This document shows positions 45,801 to 58,500 of a stretch of 64,000 bases of DNA, piece after piece (position 1 is the first letter of the stretch; the number at the start of each line of letters is the position of its first letter). A program made the position numbers and the translations under genes. Location of the stretch: contig JYFJ02000514.1 in the NCBI GenBank assembly GCA_000934665.2, positions 1-64,000 of the forward strand, written 5' to 3'. Source of the DNA: Catajapyx aquilonaris. Its lineage: Eukaryota. The notes under the pieces were generated by a model, which was given only the letters and a program-made list of their open reading frames with translations, was not told the DNA's origin and did no database searches.

Positions 45801-48800
45801 TTGTGTACAGCATCAACAACAAACGAAAATAACAAGTGACTGACCACATCATGTGAGGGGTGTGGTACAGTACTGGCCAATAATCGAGGCAACGACTAGC
45901 GACATTTTCCCGAAGCGGCAGAAGAAGGAATCTTGCTCGCCCGGCTTCTAGCATGCTTATCTTCGATTCCTTCTTCTGCCGCTTCGGGAAAATGTCGCTA
46001 GTCGTTGCCTCGATTATTGGCCAGTACTGTACTGTGGTGGTAAAACAAGATATAACTGACAAAGGAGTCATTTTTCAGGAGAGCGAATTTAAGTTCGCAC
46101 TCTTGTCACAAAGCAGCATATTACCTCAACTTGTAACACTGGCTTTTATTCTATTGTCTTGTTGTCCATAACTTGTGGAACACTTATTCCTGTCATTAAT
46201 GGAGATACAGGGTGTAACAAAAGTTTCCGCCGCTACTTCCGCCTCAATGACTCATGGATGACGTAATCATAGATTTAAAAAAATCCATATCTCACCAACA
46301 GCTCGTGTTAGCCCTATGCCTCATATATCATTCGAACCGCATTGAAAGGCCGCTCCCGCCAGATCCACTGCGCAGCTCCCATAGTCTAGGCCGTGCGTAG
46401 CATAACAGCTATAACTATTTCTGTGGGGCTACTCGGGAATCATAAAAAACGTAGCGGTGAAGTTAACGGGTTCAAAGAACGATTATGTGCAAAATATCGC
46501 TTAGAAACCAATCTAATTAATTGCTAAATTCCCATAATTGTGCTAATAAGCTTCATACAATCTCTATCGCTGCGCAAAGATCCTTTTCCAATATAGCCAC
46601 CTTGTAGCCAGCGGAAGATGGCTTCATACGATAAAGTCCGACAAAGCACTCGAGCATGTGATTTTTGTGGTGAATTCTGGTGGTTTTGCTTGTGAATATG
46701 CCGAAAACCGCATGCCATTAGGATTTATAGATTCTTTGCAAAAAAAATATTTAAAGTGAGTGTCTGTAAATCACGGACACGTCGGGCAGAGTGTTAATAA
46801 TTTTTAAATTAACATAAGGTGTATATATGAGTTAAACATGTATTTAGACATGGAAGGATGTAAGGTGTGTTAATATATTCAGTATGCATACCATTTTTCT
46901 CTCCAAAGACTGACTGAGCTACACCTCTTCCCAAACTGTCCACAAGTTTAAATGTGCATCGCGTGTGACAGTTGCTCATTCCTGGTCAACTCTCTCTATA
47001 AAAATAGGGTCAGATATCATGTTTTTTCATTTGAGGAAATGCCTGGAAATATGGCATGTTGGTTATCATCCAGCCCGTGTTGCCGTCTGGTGCATGATTT
47101 GTGAACTTTGAGCATGCCAAAATGTTTGCCATGTCTTATACATAGTTGCTAGGTGTTTAGTTCAAAAATGACAAAAATGTCAGTTATCATGTTTTTCCAC
47201 CACACCCCTCATGTCATCATTCCAGGTTGCAAGATGTGTTGTTTGGTGGCAGCATGTCTGATCTATGTGGTGCCTTGCAACACTGCACTCGACTGAAGCA
47301 ATTGTACCTAGATTATGGAGCGAGACTGCGTCGTAAAGATATTGAATCTCTCAATGGTCTCCTGATAAAGGCTTCTGATCTCACCTGTTTCTTCTGTCCA
47401 TACAAGTCACTTGTGCACTCCTCAATTAAGCCATTAGTAAAGGAGCTACAAACCAAGTGAGTTCTGCAGGTGCTACCTGATGTATTTTTATGTATTGAAA
47501 TGCTCAGTGTCCATTTTTATACAAGGGTTGATTCAAAAGTCATGGCTCGTATTTTTTTATTCAAAAATGGTAACACATACAGAGATGAACTTTGCTGAGT
47601 TTTCAAGATCCTGCGATTACAATTTTACCTGGCAGATAGATTCCGCCCATATCGCAAGGGGTCCGGAAAACTAAAGGAGATCGTGACACTCTCACCGCAC
47701 CATCGCCCTAAGACGGCCCGAGCCTGATGCGCTTGGAGCTGTTGGACGCTGCATGCTGGACACTCGGAGATGGACAACACAGGAGCTTGCTTTCGAGTGT
47801 GGGACAAGTCAGAGCACTATGACCAGAGCCATGTGTCATCCATAGCCACAGACGGTTTAAAAAAACCATCGCCCTCAATGCGATCGAGTTCCAAGCAAGG
47901 GCAAAATGGAGGCACTTTTGCACCGCAAAGAGATTGCGAGGAACCCGTGAGGATGCCAACTTCCTGAGATCTTCCAGTCTTTCAGAGTCCTAAGCATAGT
48001 GCTCTGACTTGTGCCACACTCGAAATCAAGCTCCTGTGTTGTCCATCACCGAGTGTCCAGCATGCAGCGTCTAACAGCGCGTTTGGCTCGCGGCGTCTTA
48101 GGGCGATGGTGCGGTGGGGGGGGGTCACATTCCGCCTTTGTTTCCCCACACCCCTCGCGATATGGGCGACATGTACACTCCGAATCACTTGTGAACCTTT
48201 TTGGATAACCATACGCCCGAGGGGCCAGTGAGCCGCCGTGCCGCAAAATTACTCCCTGGTACCTCTGGGTTTCTCCAAAAAACAGTGCTGGTACATGTAC
48301 TAGTACTACGAATGCCTAATTATCATGGGCAGCCCATGCGGTAGCTGCAGCGCTACACACTGTACATTTTGTTGTGACGAGCGGTAGGGCCCGGCATGTT
48401 GGGCCCTACTTTCAGGCGGTTCACCAATCCCTCAGGCGCATGCGTATTGAATAAGGCACTCTTATGTGAATCGGAGAATACATGCCAGATAAAATTGTAA
48501 TCGTCTGATCATCTTCAAAACTCAGCAAAGGTCATCTCTGTATATGTTACCATTTTTGAATTAAAAAATACCCGCCATGACTTATGAATCAACCCTCATA
48601 GCATTGCACGTAATTTACTGATAATAACCACGTGTCTGTTAGAAGATGTATGAAATCACATTTTGCCTGAATATTTAGGCAAGGTCAGTCCATATTAATA
48701 TGTTCCCCATAATACCTGTTGCATGATATCATCAAAGTCTGCCTTCGAATGCTTATTGCAGGTTCAAAGCAGATCGTCCTGCACTGCAAGTTCACATATT

Positions 48801-48912
48801 AGAACTTCGTGAATTCATCAAAAGGACTTCACCTAACCTGGCAGAAACGCATTATAAGATGATGATGTGCGTTTCTCGAGTGGCTCATGGACCAGGAGGC
48901 CAGATGCTATGA
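39873..48912 (+). CDS. FBXL18: F-box/LRR protein, FBXL18-like, copy 2; exons ~39873-40036, 40536-40770, 43008-43395, 44117-44394, 44453-44609, 44701-44897, 44980-45103, 45661-45782, 47226-47456, 48762-48912
   Basis: Exon-by-exon paralog of copy 1, ending FKADRPALQV...SRVAHGPGGQML*. Introns are enlarged by transposable elements. Confidence 0.8.
40832..41753. mobile_element. Palindromic (fold-back) mariner-derived element with ~415-bp arms and a ~90-bp spacer
   Basis: Arms 40832-41245 and 41335-41753 are reverse complements. TA on both sides. Right end GAACTTACTTTCTGGACGCGCCTCG|TA is mariner-like, and the arms resemble a decayed mariner transposase C-terminus. Confidence 0.85.
42110..42602. 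mobile_element. hAT (Charlie-like) MITE
   Basis: TIRs CAGCGGTTCCCAACCT and AGGTTGGGAACCGCTG. Perfect 8-bp TSD CTCTACAT at 42102-42109 and 42603-42610. Confidence 0.92.
42642..42905 (+). mobile_element. tRNA-derived SINE with a V-SINE-like central domain
   Basis: Pol III A box TGGTGCAGTGG, B box GTTCGATCC, core GGGTTTTCTCGGGGTTCTCCCGTTTCC, and a (TTA)n tail. Confidence 0.8.
45868..46029. mobile_element. 162-bp Tc1/mariner-type MITE: perfect 65-bp TIRs, 32-nt loop, TA TSD
   Basis: CAGTACTGGCC...GAAGGAATC at 45868-45932 and its exact reverse complement at 45965-46029, with TA on both sides. Confidence 0.9.
46208..46560. mobile_element. Probable DNA-transposon fragment (TA|CAGGGTG left end)
   Basis: TACAGGGTGTAACAAAAGT start is typical of Tc1/mariner ends. 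No matching right end found; absent from the paralogous intron. Right boundary is a guess. Confidence 0.35.
47522..48598. mobile_element. Mariner-type fold-back element with ~300-bp arms; right arm interrupted by a ~280-bp insert
   Basis: Ends TA|CAAGGGTTGATTCAAAAGTCATGGC and GCCATGACTTATGAATCAACCCTCA|TA. Inner inverted match 47640-47821 vs 47995-48186. Confidence 0.82.
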
Positions 48913-50795
48913 TGTGTAGCCACAGCATGGTGTAAGCACTTGGTAAACTGGAAAACTTCAATTGACTTGGAATAAATTAGTGAGTGACCCTACAGGACAA
49001 GGGCAAGTGGGTCAAAGAGTTCTCATTGAAATATTTTTAGAATCATTAATTTATCAGCACCAGATATCAGAAGCCCAGAATTCTTGCCTCAAATTACAAA
49101 AAAAAAAGAATCACTGATTTACGAGGGAAAGTCAAAACAAATTGAGGCTGATTTTTAATGTGGTAAAGAGAATTAGTTCATGTCTCGCAGTGAGTGGCAT
49201 CATGTCCAGAAGGGGTTGAAGTATTGGAACACCCATTCTTCTACTTCCTGTGTCACCATCGCCTGGGATTTGATTTTGGAATATTGGAACAAAAATTGAT
49301 ATTCTAATACTTGCAGCCATTCTGGCCACGATGCAACTTACAGCAAGACATGAACTAATTATCCCTATGCATAAAGAATCAGTCTCAATTTGTTTTGACT
49401 GGCCCTGGTATATGTTGAAGTCGGTAATAAATTTCAATCATGCATTATGCTGCCTTACCAGTTCAAGATTTGTGATGGTCTGAACCTCCTGTAAAATTTT
49501 TATTTGTTACAATCACATACTTAAGTAAGCTGTTCAATCGACATACCATTAAATTAAATGAGTTTTTCAATAATGCGCGGAACTCACTGTCAAACCTGAA
49601 TACTCGGCTACAGGAACAAATCACAATGAGCATTCATGAAGTACATGCATCTGTGAATGTTAGCTCAATAATTCTGGGAGCAGTAATTGAGGGACTGATG
49701 AGGGGTTGAAGTTTATGCCAGATTATTATTACTCTCTGTTTACTTGTGGTCATTTTTCAAGCATCATGTGTCCAAGCAGGCAAAGTGTGCGTGTCATTGC
49801 TAAAGTATTCGGTCTCTGGTGGACTGCCTTTTCAACCTTTTTTCTACGTGTGATTGGTTTACAGTTAGTTAGCGTCAACCAGTTTTGATGAGCATATTTA
49901 TTCGGATTGATACGCAAGTATCTATTGCGTGCCTTGATATTCACCCCAGAGTGTTATTGGTGGAAATCTGCAGGACACTTGCCTCTCTCCCTTGGCTGTG
50001 TGACGTGACCCGCCTTCTCTGGAGATGTTACCTCCTCAGAGGCCGGCAACTGACTGAGCCTACAGCTGTAAAGTGCAGGAGAGAGGTAGGTGCCTGCTAG
50101 ATTTTTTGCCATCACATAACGGCACAAAGTAGTGTATTTTGTGCCATTACCTAGTGCCTTAATGTGGACAGCAGGAAGTGTGCCAGCAAATTTAAAAAAT
50201 TGTGCCATGGAAGCACGAGAATAATAATTATTGTTGGAAGGCACAAATGGCACAAAATGCCATTGATCATGATGAAGACTATTCAGAAGGTGCCAAAATC
50301 AAAATGTGTTTGTGTTACCTTTTGTCATTGTTTGGAGATTATCCCAACACTGTCCCCGGCCATCCATTCTTTCAAGCTGATTTGGTGAGTGCGCATTGTC
50401 AGCAAGCATTATTTCCACGCTTTGACAAAGGGAACAGAAAACATGTGTTTGCAAATAAAAATATGAAGCAAGCATCAAAAGTGTTTTATTTCTGTGTTGG
50501 TTGCCTTTGCAAATGGCCAGCAGACTCGCATGTTTACAGTGTTGCATATTGGTTATCCTGTTAAGTAGGTGGTTATAATGTTTTGGCTGATCAGGGCATA
50601 ATTTTCACCCCACTTGCACTTGTGAAAGAAAAGAAGGCCTACGAGATGATTTTTTAAAAATTTTTTATTTACTGAATGCGGTACTTTGAACGACTGGTGC
50701 CAGTCGGAATAATCCCACAAATCACACTTTATTGCTTGAACAAATAAATTCAAATTATTGTAATAACAATTAATCTTGTACCTATGTCCTGATAG

Positions 50796-53109
50796 TTACG
50801 GCGGCTGTTTCCCCAGGAAGTCGTGGAAGTCGAGGACGCACTTGTCACCTCCGAGCTTCCCCCTGGTGTACCCCCACTGGCAGATGCACATGTAGCTCCC
50901 TTGGGTGTTGAAGCAGGCCTCCGTCTCCTGGTCGCATTGGTACGTCTCCTGCTCGCATTCATCCACATCTGATGGGTCCGTTGCATACGTTTAACCTCAG
51001 CACATTTAAAAATGCAAGCAAATAGACAAAGAGTGACCGACCGATGCACATCCCGAAGCCAGGGTTCCACCAGAGTCCTTCTGGACAGGTGCAGGTGACG
51101 TTCCATCGGTTGTGCATCATGTCCTCCATATGGAAGTTCTTGCTTATGTCCAGCAAGCACGTCTGGTCCTGCGGCCTGTTGGTTTCGTACCTCCAGTCCA
51201 CGCACGGGTTCAGGCTGCTGCACTTGCAGCTCTCATTATTCTCCTGGTGGTACCGTCCACAGCACGGATCTGAACAAACACCTTGTATTTAGAAGGACTA
51301 ATAATAATTGTTATTAGTGACTGACCGGGGCAGAAGCTGTACTTGGCGCAACTGAACTGGATGGTGTCGTCCCCTGCCCTTAGGTCTCCGTTGGCGTCGT
51401 TGCAGTCTGCGAAATTGTCGCAGGGTTCTCCAAAGTGCTCCAGTCCCCTCAGCTCCAGCAGTGTGAACCAGCACATGAAGTAGCTCGCACTTGTCTGCAT
51501 GTAATGCATTTCATTACAGCATTCCATGGATTATATCATTTTATGCCTTGAACTCATTACGTGCCCATTTCCCCCACCCATATATGAGTCGCTTTGGGGC
51601 ATCCAATCCGAGACTGCACCTGTGCGAGTCATTTATATGCAAAATGTAGCAATGCATAAATCACCATCTACCCACGACTTCCGGTGATTAGATACCCCCC
51701 AGAGTTATCAACACCCTGGTATACAACATGATGGACGTGAAAATTAAGGAGGGCCGGCCCACAGTGAAGTTTGCGACCTCGCCAATTTCTGCAGACTTTT
51801 TCCGCGACCCCTTCTGCATACAATTTTCGCAGGACTGGAATCCGGATTAATTTCATTAACTTTTTCCCCCCCCCCCCCCTCCACCCACCGCCTTTTACGC
51901 ATTCCTGCAGTTTAATTAGCTCATCTTCTCTCTTTTTTTTCACCCCCGCCCCGCCTTGAGGAGCGGCATGGCGAGGGGGGTGGGTTTAGGGAGATTTTGG
52001 GGATTCGGCAATCGATTTCCATTAGGCGTCTATCCCAAGTGCCATTAAGAGTTTCTCCTCCCTTCCACCCCTCCTCCTCCTGCTCCTCCAAAAAAAAGAG
52101 GAAGCCTCGAGGGTGGAAGGACTTGTTCTCGTCTCCAGAGACTTTAACTTGGCCCCAGCCACCGTTTCTTCCAGGACCAATTACCGGTGCTTGCGTAACT
52201 TTTTTTCAGTGGGGAGAGGCGATAATCACGACCTGCAATCGAGCGAGCAACGTTGCTCATTCTGCCCGCAACATGTCCCCTATGTGTGTATATAGTATAG
52301 GGATGAGGGAGGAGATGTGACCTAAAATTGAGAGTGTTATGACTCACCCTCCACTGGAAGCGATGCAGCGGACCTTTAAATGGCTTGAAGTTAATCTCGT
52401 GATTTGCCATTACCCTTCTGCAGTGTTTCTGGTACTGGGAGTACCTACTACGCTCGGTCTTCTTGTCAGTGTCTGTTGCATCTGGTCCGAGTTTTGCAAG
52501 CAAGGGCACTGCCAGCTTCACCTGCGTCACCACCTGCAATATACTAATCCCCCTTATTCTGTCTGTCCGCTTGAGACTCGTCGCCATTTTTCTCCAATTT
52601 CAACAATGAGAGGACACTGTTTAGTTCGGTTGGCCGAATCCGGAGCAATGACATACCGAGTAGAGGTACTCCAGACATGCACGGAGGGTCTTCCGGTAGC
52701 AGTGTTTGTGGACTTCGCGGTCCATGGTGAACAGTGGTGGTCGAGGGAACTCTATGTGAAACCTCTGGTGGAATAATTATTATGAGAGAGATCATATTTT
52801 GCTCAGCAGCAAGCATGAACCCATTCTAACCCGTGGTTTCCTGTCCAAAGGTCCTTCGCCACGATATTTCCTGCGGTCGAACTCGTGGAACTTGTGGTTT
52901 CTCAGGTAGAATCCGACCTCGCTGAGCATGTACTCCAGCTCGGACTCCTGCAGATCCGGGTCTTCCGGCACAGGATTCCACACCTGCTGACGTTCCTCAC
53001 CCTCCAGCAGCTTCGCCAACCGACCCATTTCCGACAACGACATCAACTCCGTCGACGCCATCCGGGCAAGCACCACGACGCAAGAAAAAGCGAACATGCC
53101 AGCAGCCAT
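50796..53109 (-). CDS. Uncharacterised secreted cysteine-rich protein with a C-terminal calcium-binding EGF domain; ~6 exons (53109-52831, 52766-52659, 52533-52348, 51494-51326, 51270-51043, 50968-50796, approximate)
   Basis: Signal-like MAAGMFAFSCVVVLARMAS, then FHIEFPRPPL, GPLHRFQWR|TSASYFMCWFT...CDNFADC...YSFCP|DPCC...NRWNVTCTC...GMCI|DVDECE...CFNTQGSYMCICQWGY. GT-AG junctions. Confidence 0.8.
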
Positions 53110-54214
53110 GTCGACGACAACAATGAAGGGGGTGGGTCGATGCCATGGTGATTTATTGAAAGTGCTGGACAGGGTCCGGTTCCTCGTCCCAGCCTCGTCC
53201 GATGCTGGAATGGTGTTTGCGCCCGGAATTAATATCCGGGAAGCCATCCGTCTCCTTGAATGCCTGGACATGTCCCGAAGGAAATGAATGGGGAGCGCAA
53301 ATATAACCTCCTCCAATCCCCGTCCAGAGGGATTGGTCATGTGCTGCTGACCCATTCCATTGACGCCCTCACGCGTGCTGCAGTGACCAAAAGGGGACGG
53401 TTGGGCAACAATGTGTTAGTGCCTGGTGATTGTTGCCGATCTGCGGGTGACGACGGAAGGGGAGGCTTTACGTTCAATGTGCAGTGGTTCCCACGGCCCC
53501 CCCTCTCTCCATCACCTGGCCCCACCCCCCCTCCTCTACAGAGCACTCGATATAATCCCCCCCGCAGCTTCTGCCTCACGATCTCTCGTCTGCACCAAGG
53601 GCTCAGAGGCTTCAAACACTCGGTTCAATGGCGCTGACCTCCTGCACCAAGAGGAAGGATCAGCAGCAGCAGACTTCCTCTGACCTCACTCTTCCGGCTT
53701 AAGAGGGTGCAATTATGATGGCCACTGACCCTAGAATAATTTCAACAAAAATAACACCTTGGTGTAGAGGACCACCCTGGTTACGCTGGTCACCAAGGAA
53801 GTGCCCAAATCAACAGTTGACGTGATTGTCATCCAGAACACCATCTGACACACACCGCAGGACTGACTGAGAGCATCTAGAGTGTCTGCTCATCTGCGTC
53901 GTATACTTGAACGTCTTGTATTATCCAGGTGGGCAACTCATTTGACAGTAATTGCATCAGCATCAGGCTGTAACCAGCGGGATAACATCAGTTGCTGCAA
54001 AGTTTGATTTCTTTCCTGTTGGTGCTGGACGACCACACCCGTAGCCGTGGTTTCCAGTTGTTGACACCCTCGTTTGATTGTTGTGTGAACCCGGCTGCCA
54101 ATGCGATTCTGATCAAATTGCCACGTTCCAGGAACTTGGCCACCTCTATTTTTGGCTGGCAATTAATCTTCTCCACGTCTATATAGTGCACGCGCATCAG
54201 TGGCGCATACCAAG

Positions 54215-54739
54215 ATGAGCCAGAAGGACATTAAGGTTCGCTTCAAAATGACTTGCACCGCGGCAACGGCAGTGCTAATGTAATACCCCCTTATTCCTTC
54301 AATGTGCGTATATAGTTGCAGCAGCAAGGGGACGAGGGTATGGGTGGGATGGCGTACGGCGGCCTGGAGGGTCCCGACGCCATGTACATCAAGCTGGTCT
54401 CCTCTGATGGGTTCGACTTCGTCCTCAAGAGGCAGTTCGCCATCACCTCCGGGACCATCAAGGCCATGCTCAGCGGACCGGGACAGTTTGCAGAGACAGA
54501 GTCCAACGAGATTGTCTTCAAGGACATACCGTCAGTATAATTATACAGTCCCTATCGTCATTCCCCATCAATGTCACTCACCCTCCTTCTTCCACAGGTC
54601 TCACGTAATGGACAAGGTGTGCAAGTACTTCCTGTACTGCGTGCGATACACCAACAGCTCCGTGGAGATACCAGAGTTCCAGATCGCCCCGGAGATCGCC
54701 CTGGAGCTGCTCATGACGGCCAACTTCCTCGACTGCTAG
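54215..54739 (+). CDS. ELOC: Elongin-C (TCEB1)-like, divergent; exons 54215-54235 (tentative), 54316-54530, 54598-54739
   Basis: [59 protein letters not shown]. Confidence 0.92.
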
Positions 54740-55402
54740 AATAACGAGGAAGCCAAAAGAAAAGCAACTTGTTTGACACCATACGTTTGGACCACCACCC
54801 CCACCAAGAAAAAAATGATGATGGCCAACACTTACTTTAAATCGGATGTGTTTTGAAAATGTTGGTTCTAATAATACACGTTTTACACTGTGTTTGTTGT
54901 CACATTTTGCATACAGCCAGTGAACGATTTCCTCTTGGGAATATCTGTAGCATGTGTGCGTCTTCCATGTTTTTTTTTTTTTTTAAACATTTCTGGCGTC
55001 AATAATTATTTACACTGAATGATATGGAAGCGGCCAGGTATGTTGGCGGCAGTGGTTGAGCGCCGGCGCGGGGTGTCCAATCGGGGGGAAAGGACCCTGC
55101 TTGGGCTTGCCTTTTGTGCCTGAGCAAGAGCGGGAGAGCCAGTCGGTGTTAGGGCGTCCAGAGGGGAGGAGGTGTGCGCGTCGCTCTCTCCGTCTCTCTC
55201 TCTCTGGCTCTTTTCATAGAGAGACAGTCGGACACACATTGTCCAAGTGCCGAAAAGAGGGGGGTGTCGAAGTGGGGGGGACACTATGAGACTGTCGGAG
55301 TGACCCCCATCCCGCGCGCGCGAGTGGTTCTTTTTTTTAATTGTGTTTTTTTGGCGGGGGTCGTCGGTCGTCGCATGCAGTGACGGAGGACCTCCAACAA
55401 CA

Positions 55403-55575
55403 ATGTTGCTGGTGTTGTTGAGTGTTGCGGCTGTGGTGTTGTCTTCGTCGCATGGGTTGGCGGAGGAGCTGGCCCACTGCCCCAGGGAGTGCAGCTGCCA
55501 GGGGCTGGCCGCTGACTGCTCCAGGAGGGCCCTCAGGGCAGTGCCCAGGGACCTGCCCAGGAACGCGGAGAGAGT
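55403..55575 (+). CDS. slit: slit-like LRR protein, first coding exon (signal peptide + LRR N-cap); the following intron runs past the window end
   Basis: MLLVLLSVAAVVLSSSHG...CPRECSCQGLAADCSRRALRAVPRDLPRNAERV|GTGAGT matches Slit exon 1 (CP..C.C....DC....L..VPR..PRNAERL) with a phase-2 donor. No further exon recognised. Confidence 0.7.
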
Positions 55576-58500
55576 GTGAGTATATAGCCGACGCATGTCT
55601 CATATGATTGTTGTTGTTGTCCTGCTCCTGCTCTGATGGGACGAGGGGGAGGCTACCACGCATCGCAACAAACACACGTGGTCGCTCGACCCTTTTTGCA
55701 CTCCTTCTCCCGGGTTCAGCGGTGCACCCTCCGTCCACACTCGCAATGGAATTATTGTTTACCCACAGAAACCACTTTTTGTAACATATCCGCCGCTAAA
55801 ATGCAGCCAGTAGCGTACTACCTTGGAATTTTTGGTTCCTTATCGGGCTGCGATTTTTTTAACTATAATGGCAAAATAAAAGAACCGATTCTGTTGCACA
55901 GCGTTTCACCGGGCTCGGTATAACTTAGAACCTCGGTTATACCGGGTAATAATATACAGAGTAAACAGGGCGAATTTGGAACCCAGATAATCATTCCATA
56001 GGCATGCAGGGCCTCATTAATAATGGACGTCAAACAAGAGGCGTGAATTATCCAAACAAGAATACGACCCTCCGAGAGACCTCGCATTTTTCATTTGAAA
56101 AATAGGCGGGTAGGCCTTCCACTTATAATTTTCATTTAAACTAATGGCTTTATGATGACGCTGATCAGGCGATGGGAGTGTCGTAGGCTGTTCCCGCCAC
56201 ATTTATTGATAAATGCTAATTATCTGTGTAATTGGGCTGTGCAGATGAGACCTCTACATGCTCTGGTGACGAGGATCTCGCCATGTACATTAGCCTTGAT
56301 GGTTATAAAACACCCTGTGGTTTCTTCCTGGTGCACTGGTTGCTGGGGTAAATACAGTTGGGCGTCGCACCAAACCCTGTTGTCGTATACAGAATGAGGA
56401 CCGTGCATGTGCGCGAATTGATGTCCGTTGGGTCGCTCGTTTGTGGAAAAAGAATATGAGGAGAGGTGCTGTGTGTAAGAAGGATGAATAATGATTTTCC
56501 AATGGGCGTGTACCGGCGATGCATGAAGAATCAGCATCGGTGCCGGGCTAATTGGCAGGCAGGCAGGCTTGCACAGAGATACATCTATCTCTCTCCATGC
56601 TTGGGACGAGAAAGGGAAAAGGGCAGCACAATGTGGGCACACACGCCTTTGAAACCTGGATGCATATGCTCAGGGGAACCAGCCGTGCCAGCCGAGTAGG
56701 AATAATAATCCCGTCGTAATGATAGTGCCAGTTACATATGGAAAGAGCAGCAGCAGCAGCAGAGAAAGGATCCGCCTTTTCTGCTGCCCGCCGTGTTCCA
56801 GCATCAGTGCAGCAGCAGAGGTAATCAGATGCTGCGTAATTAACTGTCCATGCGTGGATGGCACTTGACTGCCTCGTACACCTCTCTCTCCCTCTCTGTA
56901 CGGACCCGGGTTTAATTGGCCCTCCGCTCTCTCTCTCCCATCCAACACTGGACCGATGGCACAGGCACTTCACTTATTTTGCACGGATGTCGCCAAAGCA
57001 GGGGACCAGAATTGCAAATTGGACACGCTCGTTCGATTCCTGTACTGGCCCCATTTGGCTCCATGTGACAGTTGGCAGAACGGAGTCGAGAATATCTCCT
57101 AATGACTTTCTGGGGAAGGTGTTAGTGGCATACGTCTGTACCGGGTAGATGCACTCTAATGGCAAGCCTTTGACTCCTCGTAGGTCGCGCGTATAAAGAA
57201 CTTTGCGAGTCTGATTCGGGCCAGCTGAGTGTGTGTATACCCCCGTCTCCTTTCTCTGTGAACTGGGCCTGTCCCTTTTGATTAGGGCTAAGAGAGGGGG
57301 AGGTCCTCTGGCTCAAAGGAGGAAGAAGTGGAAGGAAAGGAGGCTTTGGGCCAAGTCTTGTGCAGCCAGCTTCTCAGATCCGGAAATGAAGCCCGACTTT
57401 AATTTTCTTGTGGGGGGGCCGAAGGGAAGGCAGCATGGTAATAAGCTTCCTCTCTCTCACATAGCAAGGGTTCCTTTGAAGACATGGCTATGCTACCGTA
57501 TGAAGCGCAACACTCTGCGATCAGAACCAGTCCTCTTCACGACAGGGGAACTTCCGACACTTTTTTTTTTCTTTCATTAAAAAAAAAGAGGGAATGAAGG
57601 TAGGGGGGGTCCTTTCACCACCTTTTGAATCCCGAAACGGCTTGGCTGGAATATTGGCGAATTTGCTTGATGAATTTTGAGCGCCTGGTCGATCGCATTA
57701 TGGCGCCGTCGCACGCTTATCATTCGCGATGTGACATTAAGGAAAGTCACTCCCTTCTTGTCCAAAAATTGCACAATTTTAGTGGACGCAATTGGATGCT
57801 GGTGTCTCTGGAGTGTTTTGTCTTTCGTTGACATGTCTCCGATATGTGAATGAGGCGGGCCTATTTAGAGTGCGACCGCGTGGCTAATAGACGCAGCCTA
57901 CGTGCCAAATCAGGTTTGCCATTATTAAATGACACAGGGCCGAAAGATCGATCAACGTCAGACAGACACACACAGAGAGAAAGATTGAGTGATGGGGACG
58001 TTGCGAAACGGGCGACTTGAACAGCCGAATGGGCGCTTAACCCACTTCTGGAGCTCTGATAGAGAAAAAAGCCTGTGCTCTATCCGAGTTATGTCATGGA
58101 AGAAAATTGACACCTGCCCTGTGGGTAGTATACACCGCCCATTTTCAGATCCGGCCCCATACATCCCAGGCTTAAAACCTGCCCACCTACCACAGGTACA
58201 CTTGCACCATAAGGTGTGATTATATATGTGAGGCAAAAGTCGGCATTGTAATCACCCGGGGGTTGTCTGTTTTTGGGCGTGCGAAGGACGAATGAGGGCT
58301 CTTCAAAAGAGCTCTGCACCTGACTCGCTTTGAGTGCCAGTGGCCACTATAGTTCAAATCCCGGTATACCGACATCATGATGCGGGCCAATTGGTGCGGT
58401 ATGAAACGTGTTTTGTCCATGCAACTTTTGGTCCTTCAATTTTTTGGCCTGTGTATGAGGCCCATTGGCGCATTTCCCCCCCTCTCATTGTTATAGTGGC

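Noticed and set aside
53260..53683. Small gene between the EGF gene and EloC
   Set aside because: Overlapping short ORFs with no recognisable homology or consistent exon structure.
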